This document shows positions 8,251-18,800 of a stretch of DNA of 64,000 nucleotides, piece by piece. Made by a program: the position numbers and the translations under genes. The notes under the pieces were generated by a model, which was not told the DNA's origin, did not search any database, and saw only the letters and a list, made by a program, of their open reading frames with translations. Position 1 is the first letter of the stretch, and every line of letters begins with the position of its first letter. Source of the DNA: Bacteroidia bacterium (GTDB lineage: Bacteria; Bacteroidota; Bacteroidia; NS11-12g; UBA955); NCBI GenBank assembly GCA_044357345.1, contig JBIKPR010000004.1:4762-68761 (forward strand), given 5' to 3'.

Positions 8251-9186
8251 ATGAAAGTAACAGTCGTAGGAGCAGGAGCAGTTGGCGCAACATGTGCAGA
8301 CAATATTGCCCGCAAAGAACTTTGTTCAGAATTGGTATTATTAGACATTAAAGAAGGTATTAGTGAAGGTAAATCATTAGATTTATTCCAAACATCTTCT
8401 TTACTTGGATTTGACACCAGAATTACTGGTAGCACCAACGATTATACCAAAACCGCAAACAGCGATGTTGTGGTTATAACCAGTGGTATTCCCCGTAAAC
8501 CAGGTATGACACGTGAAGAACTTATCGGCACCAATGCTGGTATTGTTAAAGGTGTAACAGAAAATATTTTAAAACATTCTCCAAATGCCATCATCATCGT
8601 TATTAGTAACCCTATGGATACTATGACTTATTTGGCTTTGAAATCAAGCGGTATTCCGAAAAACCGTATCATTGGTATGGGTGGCATACTTGATAGTGCT
8701 CGTTTCAAATGTTATTTATCATTAGCAACAGGTGCATCTACCAACGATATCCACGGTGTGGTTATTGGCGGACACGGTGACACCACCATGATTCCTTTGA
8801 CTAGACTTGCTACCATCAACGGCATGCCAGTTAGTTATAAATTAAATGAAGAAGCTTTGGCTAAAGTAGCGGCTGACACCATGATTGGTGGAGCAACTTT
8901 AACCGGCTTATTGGGAACGAGTGCATGGTATGCGCCAGGAGCTGCAGGTGCGGCCTTGGTTGAAGCCATTGTAAGAGACGAGAAAAAAGTAATGCCTTGC
9001 TGCGTATACTTAGAAGGTGAATATGGTCAAAACGATATTTGCTTAGGTGTACCTGTGGTTATTGGCAAAAACGGTTGGGAAGAAATCGTAGACTACAAAT
9101 TAACAGAAAGCGAACAAGCTGCCTTCAACAAATCTGCTGACGCAGTTAGAAGCATGAACAGTGTATTGGGAACCACCAACGCTTAA
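8251..9186 (+). CDS. mdh: malate dehydrogenase (LDH-like type)
   Basis: MKVTVVGAGAVGATCA Rossmann N-terminus, IPRKPGMTREEL and GGHGDTMIP motifs, 311 aa. Confidence 0.92.
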   Translation: MKVTVVGAGAVGATCADNIARKELCSELVLLDIKEGISEGKSLDLFQTSSLLGFDTRITGSTNDYTKTANSDVVVITSGIPRKPGMTREELIGTNAGIVKGVTENILKHSPNAIIIVISNPMDTMTYLALKSSGIPKNRIIGMGGILDSARFKCYLSLATGASTNDIHGVVIGGHGDTTMIPLTRLATINGMPVSYKLNEEALAKVAADTMIGGATLTGLLGTSAWYAPGAAGAALVEAIVRDEKKVMPCCVYLEGEYGQNDICLGVPVVIGKNGWEEIVDYKLTESEQAAFNKSADAVRSMNSVLGTTNA

Positions 9187-9203
9187 TTCTATATAAATAT
9201 TTA

Positions 9204-9236
9204 AAAGCCCTAAGCCTCGCTTAGGGCTTTTTTTAT
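9204..9236 (+). terminator. rho-independent terminator of mdh
   Basis: Stem AAAGCCCTAAG (9204-9214) pairs with CTTAGGGCTTT (9220-9230) around loop CCTCG, followed by a T-run. Confidence 0.8.
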
Positions 9237-9277
9237 GCGTTAAAAATAAAGGCACTATTTTTGCCCTTAACAATAGA

Positions 9278-9766
9278 ATGCGTATAAAAACCATCTTTAA
9301 TACCCTCCTATTTGCTCTTCTTTTTTTTGTGTCTAAAAATGCGTCTGCACAAAAAATGAGTGTAATTAATGGCAGTGAAGTAGCAGCTTTAGCTCATAGT
9401 AAAGCCGATAGTGGCCAAACGTTGGTTATAAACTTTTGGGCCACTTGGTGTGGTCCTTGTGTGCGCGAACTCCCTTATTTTGTTCAAGCAGACACCAGTT
9501 TAAAACACGAAAATTTCAAATTCATATTTGTTTCATTTGACCCTTTAAGCAGTGAGAATAAAGTTCAAAAGTTTATCGCAAAAAACGGGTTACCTGGCAC
9601 CCACTACATCATTGGAACATACGACATGTCAACTTTAATTGATCAAGTTCATCCCAAATGGGAAGGAGGAATTCCATTAACGCTGGTTATCACCCACAAA
9701 GAAACAAAGCAACACGAAGGCGCATTTGAAAACTTCCGTCAATTCTGGCAGTTTATTCGCGATTAA
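9278..9766 (+). CDS. secreted thioredoxin-fold protein (TlpA/thiol:disulfide oxidoreductase-like)
   Basis: Signal peptide ending NASAQ and a WCGPC active site (FWATWCGPCVRELP). Confidence 0.75.
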   Translation: MRIKTIFNTLLFALLFFVSKNASAQKMSVINGSEVAALAHSKADSGQTLVINFWATWCGPCVRELPYFVQADTSLKHENFKFIFVSFDPLSSENKVQKFIAKNGLPGTHYIIGTYDMSTLIDQVHPKWEGGIPLTLVITHKETKQHEGAFENFRQFWQFIRD

Positions 9767-9767
9767 T

Positions 9768-10271
9768 TCAATCCATATGGGCAGCAACTTTAAAGTCGAT
9801 TGTCCATAATCTCGCCACTTCTTTGGCTCTTACCTCTGCGTCGGTCCTGCTAGAAGTTTCAATGATAGCCTGCTTACAATCTCCATCAAAAACGATGTAA
9901 ACGATATAATAGACATCATTCGCATTGAGAGGGGTTACATTGTCGCGGTATTCTATTTCCGACAACAAAATATATTGTAAATCTTCTGCTGAATTGCGCT
10001 TAATAACCGCTTTGAGCCCTAATAAATTTGTGTAGTTGATCCACGATTTCTTTTCGAAATTTATTTCAATGGCTTCATAAGCAAATAAAATTGACAATGT
10101 TGCGTAAAAAATAATTGTTGCAACTAAACCAATAAAAAAAACACTGAAATCTATTACATACGCATGAAAGGTTAAATAATATAAGAAACATGAAACACCT
10201 AAACCCATCACTGTACTATTTGCCTTTTTGAAAGGCAATGCCAATCCTTTTATTTTATATTTCTTCAGCAT
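9768..10271 (-). CDS. hypothetical membrane protein
   Basis: Two predicted TM helices (GLGVSCFLYYLTFHAYV and FFIGLVATIIFYATLSILFAY) followed by a ~90-aa soluble domain. Its start abuts the pcm stop with no gap. No family recognised. Confidence 0.45.
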   Translation of the reverse strand: MLKKYKIKGLALPFKKANSTVMGLGVSCFLYYLTFHAYVIDFSVFFIGLVATIIFYATLSILFAYEAIEINFEKKSWINYTNLLGLKAVIKRNSAEDLQYILLSEIEYRDNVTPLNANDVYYIVYIVFDGDCKQAIIETSSRTDAEVRAKEVARLWTIDFKVAAHMD

Positions 10272-10946
10272 CTATTTCCAACCATTCTCGCCAAGTAATG
10301 GAACAAAACTAAATTGTTCAAAAACTTCTGTTTTGATGTTTGTTGCATCTATTTTGGTGATACGCACCATGCGTTGCATGTCTTTTTCACCACCAACGGG
10401 AATTACCAATAAGCCACCGATAGTCAATTGCTTTACCAATGCTTTCGGCACAGAAGGCGCTCCTGCAGTAACAATAATTTTATCGTATGGACCATGTTCT
10501 AAAAGCCCCTTGGTACCATCTCCAACAAACATTTGTATTTGAATATTTATCCCATATGTATTTACTTTTCGAATGGTAGCCGTAGCCTGCTCTGACAATT
10601 TTGCATGTCTTTCAATACTGAATACTTGGGTGCCGCAAAGCGCTAATACAGAGCCTTGGTATCCACTTCCAGTTCCTATTTCAAGAACTTTATCGTTTTG
10701 CTTTAACTGAAGCAGTTGAGATTGGTAGGCAACTGTGTATGGTTGAGAGATCGTTTGGTCCTCTCCAATAGGGAAAGCTTTGTCCTCATAGGCATGTGAT
10801 TCGAACTCGTGGGGCAAGAAAAAATGCCTTGGTAGTGCCGAAATTGCATCTAAAACCCTTTGGTCGACGATGCCCTTCTGTTTAAGCAGTTCGACCAACT
10901 GAAGGCGCAAACCCTTGTGTTTATAAGTGTCTTGGTAGGTATTCAA
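10272..10946 (-). CDS. pcm: protein-L-isoaspartate O-methyltransferase
   Basis: TISQPYTVAYQ and VLEIGTGSGYQ motifs with a C-terminal FVPLLG, 224 aa. Confidence 0.88.
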   Translation of the reverse strand: MNTYQDTYKHKGLRLQLVELLKQKGIVDQRVLDAISALPRHFFLPHEFESHAYEDKAFPIGEDQTISQPYTVAYQSQLLQLKQNDKVLEIGTGSGYQGSVLALCGTQVFSIERHAKLSEQATATIRKVNTYGINIQIQMFVGDGTKGLLEHGPYDKIIVTAGAPSVPKALVKQLTIGGLLVIPVGGEKDMQRMVRITKIDATNIKTEVFEQFSFVPLLGENGWK

Positions 10947-11043
10947 AATAGTTAATGTATGTTCTTTAGTACACGGTTAATAACAAAATAGTGCCGCAAA
11001 TAAGCAACTATTGCATTTTTGTAGCAAATTTATTTGAACACAT

Positions 11044-12009
11044 TTGTTTAAAATTAAAGTCGGCATAGCAGGAAAACCAGAAGCAGTAGGTCAATATTTA
11101 ACCTATTTGCAGAAAAACGAATCGTTCGAGCTTATCGGATCGTTCGATAGCACAGATGCGAATAATTTCGAATCTTTCTATGGTATTTCACCATTCACTG
11201 ATTTTATAAAACGCGCAGATGCAATCATATTTTGTGGCAACGAGCACCAAAACACTTTCGATATTTTGGCTGAATGTATTAAAAACTGCAAACATATTTT
11301 GTTTGATAAGTTCCCTGACCTCAGCTATACCGAATTGTCTTTGCTAAATAAATTCAAAACAGAAGCAGATACTTTATTTTACATTGCAAATATCCCTGGT
11401 TTGGGATGCGTATACACCACCGCTAGACAATCGGTAAGCAAACCAACCTTTATCCAATATAAAATTCAAATTCCTTTTAACACCCATTTTACAGATGGAC
11501 ACAGCAAGGACTTAATGTACGAAACCATAGACATGGTATTGCGTTGTGTGAATTCGCCCGTGCACAAAGTGAAAATAAACCGACAATACATTTTTAACCA
11601 AAGTCCTGACGAAGTTAAAGTACACATTACCTTCGACAACAGCAGCACCTCCGAAATTGTATTAAATACGGTAAGCCAAGAAGCCAAACACGCTCTAACG
11701 CTCTACCAAAAAGGGAAAATTATACATGCAGATATCGCTGCATTTAAGGTGGAGGAAACCAGACTTGATGTCAATTTAGAACATCAACTACCCTTCGATT
11801 CGCCAGAAGCATCCCACACTTCAATTGCTCAAAAAATGCATACATCTGAAAAAAAGATTATGTATTTCGATGTAATTCAAAAAGATTTGTTGAACTTTGT
11901 TGATTGTATAAGCAACCGCGTATCCCCTCTTGTTTCTATAGATGAAGCAATGAATGTGGTAAGTGTGATGCAACATTTCACTTATAGTCAACATGAATCA
12001 TTTGTTTAA
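11044..12009 (+). CDS. hypothetical protein, possible Rossmann-like N-terminus (Gfo/Idh/MocA-like?)
   Basis: TTG start. The N-terminus (KIKVGIAGKPEAVGQYL...FELIGSFD) resembles oxidoreductase N-terminal domains. Weak recognition only. Confidence 0.4.
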   Translation: MFKIKVGIAGKPEAVGQYLTYLQKNESFELIGSFDSTDANNFESFYGISPFTDFIKRADAIIFCGNEHQNTFDILAECIKNCKHILFDKFPDLSYTELSLLNKFKTEADTLFYIANIPGLGCVYTTARQSVSKPTFIQYKIQIPFNTHFTDGHSKDLMYETIDMVLRCVNSPVHKVKINRQYIFNQSPDEVKVHITFDNSSTSEIVLNTVSQEAKHALTLYQKGKIIHADIAAFKVEETRLDVNLEHQLPFDSPEASHTSIAQKMHTSEKKIMYFDVIQKDLLNFVDCISNRVSPLVSIDEAMNVVSVMQHFTYSQHESFV

Positions 12010-12889
12010 GTCGTTTTTAATTTTATTTGTTTTTTCGAGTTTCTTTCTGTCTTGCGACCAAGAGCAAGAAGCAATCCCCTCTTATTTGCACATCAGCAAA
12101 TTTACCTTTAGCAGCAATGCTCTAACCCAAGGTCTAAACACCGCAGATATTATAAGTGCTAAAGTCTACGTCAACGGAAAAGAAATAGGCACCTTTGAAT
12201 TGCCTGCAACTTTTCCTGTTATAGCAAGTGGCAATGCTGAGGTAATTGTTTTTCCAAACATTAAAGAAAATGCGTCTTCCAATAGTCAAAAATATTTTAA
12301 ACCCTATGAATCGTTTACCCAAACGGTTAATCTTGAAGCGGGTAAAATTGACAGCTTAAAACCAAGCATTTCCTATAGAAGCAACACCACTTTTAGATGG
12401 ATGGAAGACTTTGAAGACCAAGCGATTTCAATTGTAAAATCAGGATCCAACAATACCAACGATTCATTTAATACAATCTCAACATCAACGCCAGGTGTCG
12501 ACCAACCTTTTACGGGTTCAAACTACTGTGGCTTTATTCAAGTCACAAATGATAGCTTTGTGGTTTTTGAGCGCAGCACACTATCGACGTTTAATGATAT
12601 TCCGTTTTTAGGCACCGATGTTTATGTGGAAATTGACATCAAAAGCAATATCAATGTTCAAGTTGGCGTTTACTCATACTATGGTCCTGATTACGACCAA
12701 GCACCCGTGATGGTCATAAATTCAACCGCAGGAAAATGGAAAAAGATTTACGTTAATTTGAAACCTCAAATTGGCGACCTTACCGCAGGCACTCCTATCC
12801 GTTTGTTCTTCGGATTTTACAAAGAAGACAACGACAATACCGACTACAAGGTTTATCTAGACAATTTGAAACTCGTATACGTTAATTAA
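11993..12889 (+). CDS. hypothetical lipoprotein
   Basis: Lipobox-like signal FSSFFLSC. It appears beta-rich and has a 17-nt overlap with the upstream gene. No family recognised. Confidence 0.5.
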   Translation: MNHLFKSFLILFVFSSFFLSCDQEQEAIPSYLHISKFTFSSNALTQGLNTADIISAKVYVNGKEIGTFELPATFPVIASGNAEVIVFPNIKENASSNSQKYFKPYESFTQTVNLEAGKIDSLKPSISYRSNTTFRWMEDFEDQAISIVKSGSNNTNDSFNTISTSTPGVDQPFTGSNYCGFIQVTNDSFVVFERSTLSTFNDIPFLGTDVYVEIDIKSNINVQVGVYSYYGPDYDQAPVMVINSTAGKWKKIYVNLKPQIGDLTAGTPIRLFFGFYKEDNDNTDYKVYLDNLKLVYVN

Positions 12890-12897
12890 CTTACACT

Positions 12898-14313
12898 TTG
12901 AACAAGGCAAAACAAACCATAAAGTACCTCATTTCTGATTACCTCAGTGCTGCAGTTGTTTGGTTTTTATTGTTTTGGTTTAGGAAAAACTATATTGATA
13001 CCGCCCACAGCGATTATCAAATCCCTCTAAGTAGAGATATAAAATTAATTTTAGGCATTATTGCCATCCCTACCTTTTGGTTGGTCCTATATTATTTCAC
13101 TGGCTATTATAGAAATATTTTTAGGCGCTCGCGTTTGAGGGAATTAAAACAAACGATATACACCTCGTTTTTTGGCTCACTCATAATCTTCTTTGCATTG
13201 CTGCTAGACGATAACGTTAGCAATTACAAAGCATATTATCAAACGTTTTTTTTACTCCTGACACTTCAATGTTTGATTACTTACCTGGGCCGCTTTATTT
13301 TATCAAGCCGCACAAACCATAGAATCCAAAAACGCATTTATGGATTCAACACCATTTTGGTTGGATCTAACGAGAAGGCTCTGAAATTGTACGCGGATCT
13401 CCAAAACGCTAAAACCACCAATGGTTTTAAATTCCTTGGTTTTGTAACTGTGAACGGCGAAGACACCTCACAAATGCAAAAGAACCTGCCCCTATTAGGC
13501 AATTACAAAGACCTGCCTTCATTGATCCACAGCATGCAAATTGAAGAATTGGTAATTGCTTTAGAAACCACCGAGCACAACAAATTAAATGCAGTGTTTA
13601 ACATGGTTGAAAATGAAAATGTGTTTATCAAAATCATCCCAGACATGTATTCCATTTTTACCCGCATGGTGAAAATGAATAATATTCTTGGAGCCGTATT
13701 AATAGAGGTTGACTTTGAAGTCATGCCTGAATGGCAAAAGAATGCCAAACGTGTATTTGATATTTTGTTTTCTATTTTGGTTTTGGTATTGAGCTTTCCT
13801 TTTATGCTCATAATTGCTCTAATGATTAAATTGAGTAGCAAGGGCCCAATATTCTACCAACAAGAGCGTATTGGCCTAAAAGGCAAACCGTTTAGCATCA
13901 TTAAATTTAGAAGCATGCGCACAGATGCCGAATCTGCCGGCCCTCAATTGTCTAAGGAAGACGACCCAAGAATCACCAAGATTGGAAAAATACTGCGCAA
14001 AACCCGCTTGGATGAATTCCCTCAATTTTGGAATGTCCTAAAAGGTGAAATGAGTGTGGTAGGTCCTCGACCAGAACGCGCCTTTTTTATTGAAAAAATC
14101 ATCGAAAAAGCGCCTTACTACAGACGTTTGCAAAAGGTTAGACCAGGTATTACCAGCTGGGGACAAGTAAAATATGGTTATGCCGAAAACCTAGATCAGA
14201 TGATAGAACGCTTGTACTACGATATCTTATATATTGAAAACAACAGTTTGGCCCTCGATTTTAAAATCATGGCCTATACCATTTTAATTATGGTGCAAGG
14301 CAGAGGGAAATAA
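12898..14313 (+). CDS. undecaprenyl-phosphate sugar phosphotransferase (bacterial sugar transferase family, WbaP/EpsB-like)
   Basis: Several N-terminal TM helices and a C-terminal catalytic domain: KGPIFYQQERIG..GKPFSIIKFRSM...DEFPQFWNVLKGEMSVVGPRPE. TTG start. Confidence 0.85.
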   Translation: MNKAKQTIKYLISDYLSAAVVWFLLFWFRKNYIDTAHSDYQIPLSRDIKLILGIIAIPTFWLVLYYFTGYYRNIFRRSRLRELKQTIYTSFFGSLIIFFALLLDDNVSNYKAYYQTFFLLLTLQCLITYLGRFILSSRTNHRIQKRIYGFNTILVGSNEKALKLYADLQNAKTTNGFKFLGFVTVNGEDTSQMQKNLPLLGNYKDLPSLIHSMQIEELVIALETTEHNKLNAVFNMVENENVFIKIIPDMYSIFTRMVKMNNILGAVLIEVDFEVMPEWQKNAKRVFDILFSILVLVLSFPFMLIIALMIKLSSKGPIFYQQERIGLKGKPFSIIKFRSMRTDAESAGPQLSKEDDPRITKIGKILRKTRLDEFPQFWNVLKGEMSVVGPRPERAFFIEKIIEKAPYYRRLQKVRPGITSWGQVKYGYAENLDQMIERLYYDILYIENNSLALDFKIMAYTILIMVQGRGK

Positions 14314-14427
14314 TTTCCTTTAATTAACTCTAATCAACTGATTGGCATCACCAAAGTCCTCCTTTTCTCGATAAAATTCTTAGCCGATAAAAGCAAGTAA
14401 TGTGTATATTTGCGCAGCAATAAAACG

Positions 14428-15678
14428 ATGCGTAAATTATTAGAAAAATTCGAAAATAAGCAACCTGAGATTGTCTTTGAATGGAAAGACAGCGAGACAG
14501 AAGCTGAAGGTTGGGTGGTAATCAATTCTCTTAGGAATGGTGCTGCAGGTGGAGGAACAAGAATGCGTAAAGGATTAGACAAACGCGAAGTTGAAAGCTT
14601 GGCTAAAACCATGGAAGTTAAATTTTCTGTTTGTGGACCTCCAATCGGTGGTGCAAAATCAGGAATTAATTTTGACCCTGCTGACCCGCGTAAAAAAGGT
14701 GTACTTGAGCGTTGGTACAAAGCGGTATATCCAATTTTGAAAAACTATTATGGTACAGGCGGTGACTTGAACGTGGATGAAATTCACGAGGTTATTCCAA
14801 TGACTGCTGCCAATGGTTTATTACACCCACAAGAAGGAATTGTTAATGGACATTTGAATTACAGTTCTGAAGAAAAACTGAAAAGCATTAGCCGTTTACA
14901 AACTGGCGTTTTATTGCCAATAGTTGACGAGCGTTTTACCCCAGATGTAGCAAAAGCCTACACCATTGCCGACATGGTTACTGGTTGGGGTGTTGCCGAG
15001 GCAGTAAGACATTATTATGAATTATGGGGCGGTAATATGAATGGTAAATTTGCCGTTATTCAAGGTTGGGGAAATGTTGCAGCAGCGGCAGCTTTCTATT
15101 TAGCCAAACACGGCGTATTAATCAATGGTATTATAGACCGCGATGGTGGTTTGATCAATGAAAAAGGATTCACTTTTGAAGAAATAAGAGACCTCTTCTT
15201 AAACAGAAAGGGCAATACCTTGAACCACCCTGATATGTTAAGTGCCGAAGAAGTGAATGCCAAAATATGGGATTTGCCTATGGAAATATTCATACCTGGC
15301 GCAGCATCAAGATTAATTACACAAAACCAAGCAGAACGCATGGTGGCTGCAGGTGTTGAAGTGATTAGCTGTGGTGCAAATGTACCGTTTGCTGACAAAG
15401 AAATATTCATGGGACCAATTTCAGAATACATGGACAATAACACGGCGGTAATTCCTGACTTCATTGCAAACTGCGGAATGGCAAGAGTTTTTGCCTACTT
15501 AATGAAACAAGGTTCTGAGGTTAACGACTTGGCCATTTTGAAAGATGTTTCTGACATTATCAGACAAGCCTTAATACGTGTGCACCAATTCAACCCTAAG
15601 ACCACTGGCATCAGTGCAAAAGGCTTGGAGTTGAGTTTAACCGACTTGGTTAGCAGCGCAGCTGTAGCAAGCAGATAA
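14428..15678 (+). CDS. Glu/Leu/Phe/Val dehydrogenase family (glutamate dehydrogenase-like)
   Basis: GGGTRM and the GGAKSGI lysine motif, with an NAD-binding GWGNVAAAAA. I chose the ATG at 14428; the track ORF opens at TTG 14410. Confidence 0.82.
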   Translation: MRKLLEKFENKQPEIVFEWKDSETEAEGWVVINSLRNGAAGGGTRMRKGLDKREVESLAKTMEVKFSVCGPPIGGAKSGINFDPADPRKKGVLERWYKAVYPILKNYYGTGGDLNVDEIHEVIPMTAANGLLHPQEGIVNGHLNYSSEEKLKSISRLQTGVLLPIVDERFTPDVAKAYTIADMVTGWGVAEAVRHYYELWGGNMNGKFAVIQGWGNVAAAAAFYLAKHGVLINGIIDRDGGLINEKGFTFEEIRDLFLNRKGNTLNHPDMLSAEEVNAKIWDLPMEIFIPGAASRLITQNQAERMVAAGVEVISCGANVPFADKEIFMGPISEYMDNNTAVIPDFIANCGMARVFAYLMKQGSEVNDLAILKDVSDIIRQALIRVHQFNPKTTGISAKGLELSLTDLVSSAAVASR

Positions 15679-15700
15679 GCATCAAATAAGAAAAATTTAA

Positions 15701-15729
15701 AAGCCTAGCTAAAACCTAGGCTTTTTTTA
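15701..15729 (+). terminator. rho-independent terminator
   Basis: 8-bp stem AAGCCTAG (15701-15708) pairs with CTAGGCTT (15716-15723), followed by TTTTTTT. Confidence 0.75.
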
Positions 15730-15880
15730 TAGGCCACGTTTTCACTTTTTAAGTGTCTTATATCCAAAGGATATAAAATTACTTTTTTTACAAACCAGTT
15801 AAAAATTAGTTAATTTTGTTTGTCAAAACCAAATTTATGAAAAAGTCACTTTGCTAAGAGCCTGTATAAAATATCGTCAA

Positions 15881-18800
15881 ATGAGTTTTGCGTGTATTGT
15901 TATGCTCGTATTTATTAGCATGCAAGGAATTCAAGCGCAGAACAGCATGGTTGGCGATGGATTTGGCGGACGTAAATGGTACAAACCTTACAATTACACC
16001 GTAGGCTCTTATTCAGCCTACACGGTATGTGGTGATTCCAATCAATTGTATGGTTGGGGTGCTAACCACAAAGGTGAGTTAGGCGACGGCACAAAGGTTC
16101 ACACAAACTTTCCGGTTAAGGCCTTGGGCATGACCAATGTAAAGTATTATTCAACGGGTTACAATATGGGTGCTATTAAATATGACAGTACAGGTTGGAT
16201 TTGGGGTTCTCCTATAAGCAATTTCCCGAGAAAGATTTTAGATAGTGTGAAATTTTTAGATGCCAGTTCTCAGGTAATTTCATTTGTGAAATATGATGGA
16301 ACAGTTTGGTCAGTTGGACGAAACAATTCTGGGATGTTTGGCAACGATTCAGTAAACAGTGGAACAATAACTACCCCTAGGAAAGCCTTGAATATCAACA
16401 CTGCGGTAAGGGTTGCATTAAGCAGAAGCAATATGGCAATTTTGCTAACCAATGGCGATGTATGGGTAACTGGAACAAACAGCTCAGGTTGTTTAGGAAC
16501 CGGCGCAAGTCCAAGCACGATGGAGAAAATTCCTGTAAAAATTACTAGGCTTAAAAAAATCGTAGACATAAAGGGTACTGCGTGGAACTTTATAGCCCTT
16601 GATTCTTTCGGAAAGGTATTTACTTGGGGCTCAAGTTCGGCAATCGGCACAGGCTCCACCAAACAAGACACGCCAGTTTTAATAAGCGCACTCAATGACA
16701 TTGTCGCCATTTCAGGTTGCGATGATGGGTCTAATATTATGGCATTGGATGCAAACCATGTTGCCTATGGATGGGGGCCGAATTACCTAGGTGCTTTGGG
16801 AATAGGAAATAATTTAAATCAATCATTTAACCCTGTTCAAATCACAACAGATGCTTCAGATATCATGGCAGGGGAAACATTCAGTTATTTAGTAAAACTA
16901 GATGGAAGCCTCTGGGCTGCAGGGAGAAGCAATGGCGGTTCCATTTGGATGAACTTAAAAGACAGCAACCGCACCACACTTACAAAAATCGACCCTACCA
17001 TAGCGCCATTAAACCTATGTGAACTCCCTCCCTTTGAAGGAAATTACTTTAGAATAAAGACTATACTATGTGTATACGACAGCATAGAATTTCAAGCGGC
17101 TAAAAATGACAGTTTCACAAATTTTCACTGGAATTTTGGTGATGACACCACGAAATTTTATGGCATGGAACAGAAACATAAATTTCAAAAAACAGGAATA
17201 TATACCATTCGATTGTTTTCGGAAAGAAAAAGTACTGGTTTAAAAGACACGGTAATAAGATACATTACGATTTACGATGCAAGCTACGCCCCACTTTTTA
17301 ACGGAGACACCCAGTGCTGTGACAGAATTGCCTTCGAAAAAACGCCTTTGGTTTTTGATGAAGATGCTCAATACACATGGAGCGACGGGGCCATTTCTTT
17401 TAAAAAATACATCAATTATGATGGACTTCATACATTAAAAGTTACAGATAGAAATGGTTGCCATTACGCTGATTCATTCAAGGTGATTTTGCATGAAAAC
17501 CCCAAAGCCTTATTTAAAGCGGATACCTATTCCATGTGTTCGAATAGCAATGGCATGATAAAATTCACAAATTTGTCAACGTCTAATGATTCGATTGTAC
17601 GCTGCCGATGGGACTTTACAGAAGACACACTAAGCACACTCGATTCTGTGGTGTATTTCAAATTCAAAGTCGCCGACTTCAAACCAGTTTGGCTCAGCGT
17701 ATGGACTACCTATGGCTGTAAAAGCGACACCATTGATGTGTTCGATATTCTACCTGCCCCCAAACCATTGTTTGACTTAACAATCAACGACTCCTGCCAA
17801 TACAAAAACAGCATCACCCTGCTCAACAAAACACTTAAAGACACCATTCAAAATCCACGATTCAAATGGTATTTCAGTGAGGGTTTTATTTTGAGCAATA
17901 GAAATCCCACAGCTCCTAGAATCTATACAGATACAGGTAAATTTTACATAGACCTTATTTACACCAACACGAATAAATGTACAGATACGCTTCGTAAATT
18001 CGTGCACATTTACCCCCACCCAAAGGCAGACTTCATTTTAAATAGCCCCATTTGTTCAAGAGATTCAATTGCATTTCCAAACTTGAGCATTTCGAATTAC
18101 AAACCGATTAAGGCGCAATGGGATTTTGGCGATTTCAAAAGTTCTAGTCTGTTATCCCCCAAACATAAATACAATAGCAAAGGATATTACACAATAAAAC
18201 TCAGAATATCCTCTCCTCAAAATTGCACGGATGTTATTAGTAAAAACCTCGTTGTATACAATCCACCCAAAGCCGATTTCAACATCAACGACAGCATTCA
18301 ATGTTTGCTTGGAAATGTCTTTAAATTAAGTTCTACGTCAACAGCTGACACGGGCAATTTGGTTGACCAGTTTTGGCAATACAGCGACAAAAGCAGTGAA
18401 CATGCAGACTTCCCTAAGAATAAATCATTTTCCCAAGCACAGAAATTCTCAATAAAACTGAATGTTACTGATATCTTTGGTTGCACCGATAGCTTGCTGA
18501 AATGGGTAGATGTAAGAAATGGCCCGGTCGTTGACTTCAGCATTAACGATCCTTCTCAGTGTGAGAACAGTCAAAATTTTAACTTCAATTACCGTCCTAT
18601 CAAAACCAACGACAGCATTGTCAATACAGAGTGGCGCATTCTTAGTCAATCCTATTTAAACCAAAGCACATACAGCAGCAATGCATTCCCTCTTGGCAAA
18701 ACATCGATACAGCTTATACTAAACACCAAATACGGCTGTCCTGGATTAAACAATAAATATATTGTGGTTAACCCAATTCCGAAAGCCAATTTCACCATCA

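Noticed and set aside
15837-15857. Upstream mini-ORF (MKKSLC*) as a leader peptide or frameshifted true start of the RCC1/PKD gene
   Set aside because: It is out of frame with the main ORF. The ATG at 15881 already gives a good signal peptide, so there is no evidence for a frameshift.
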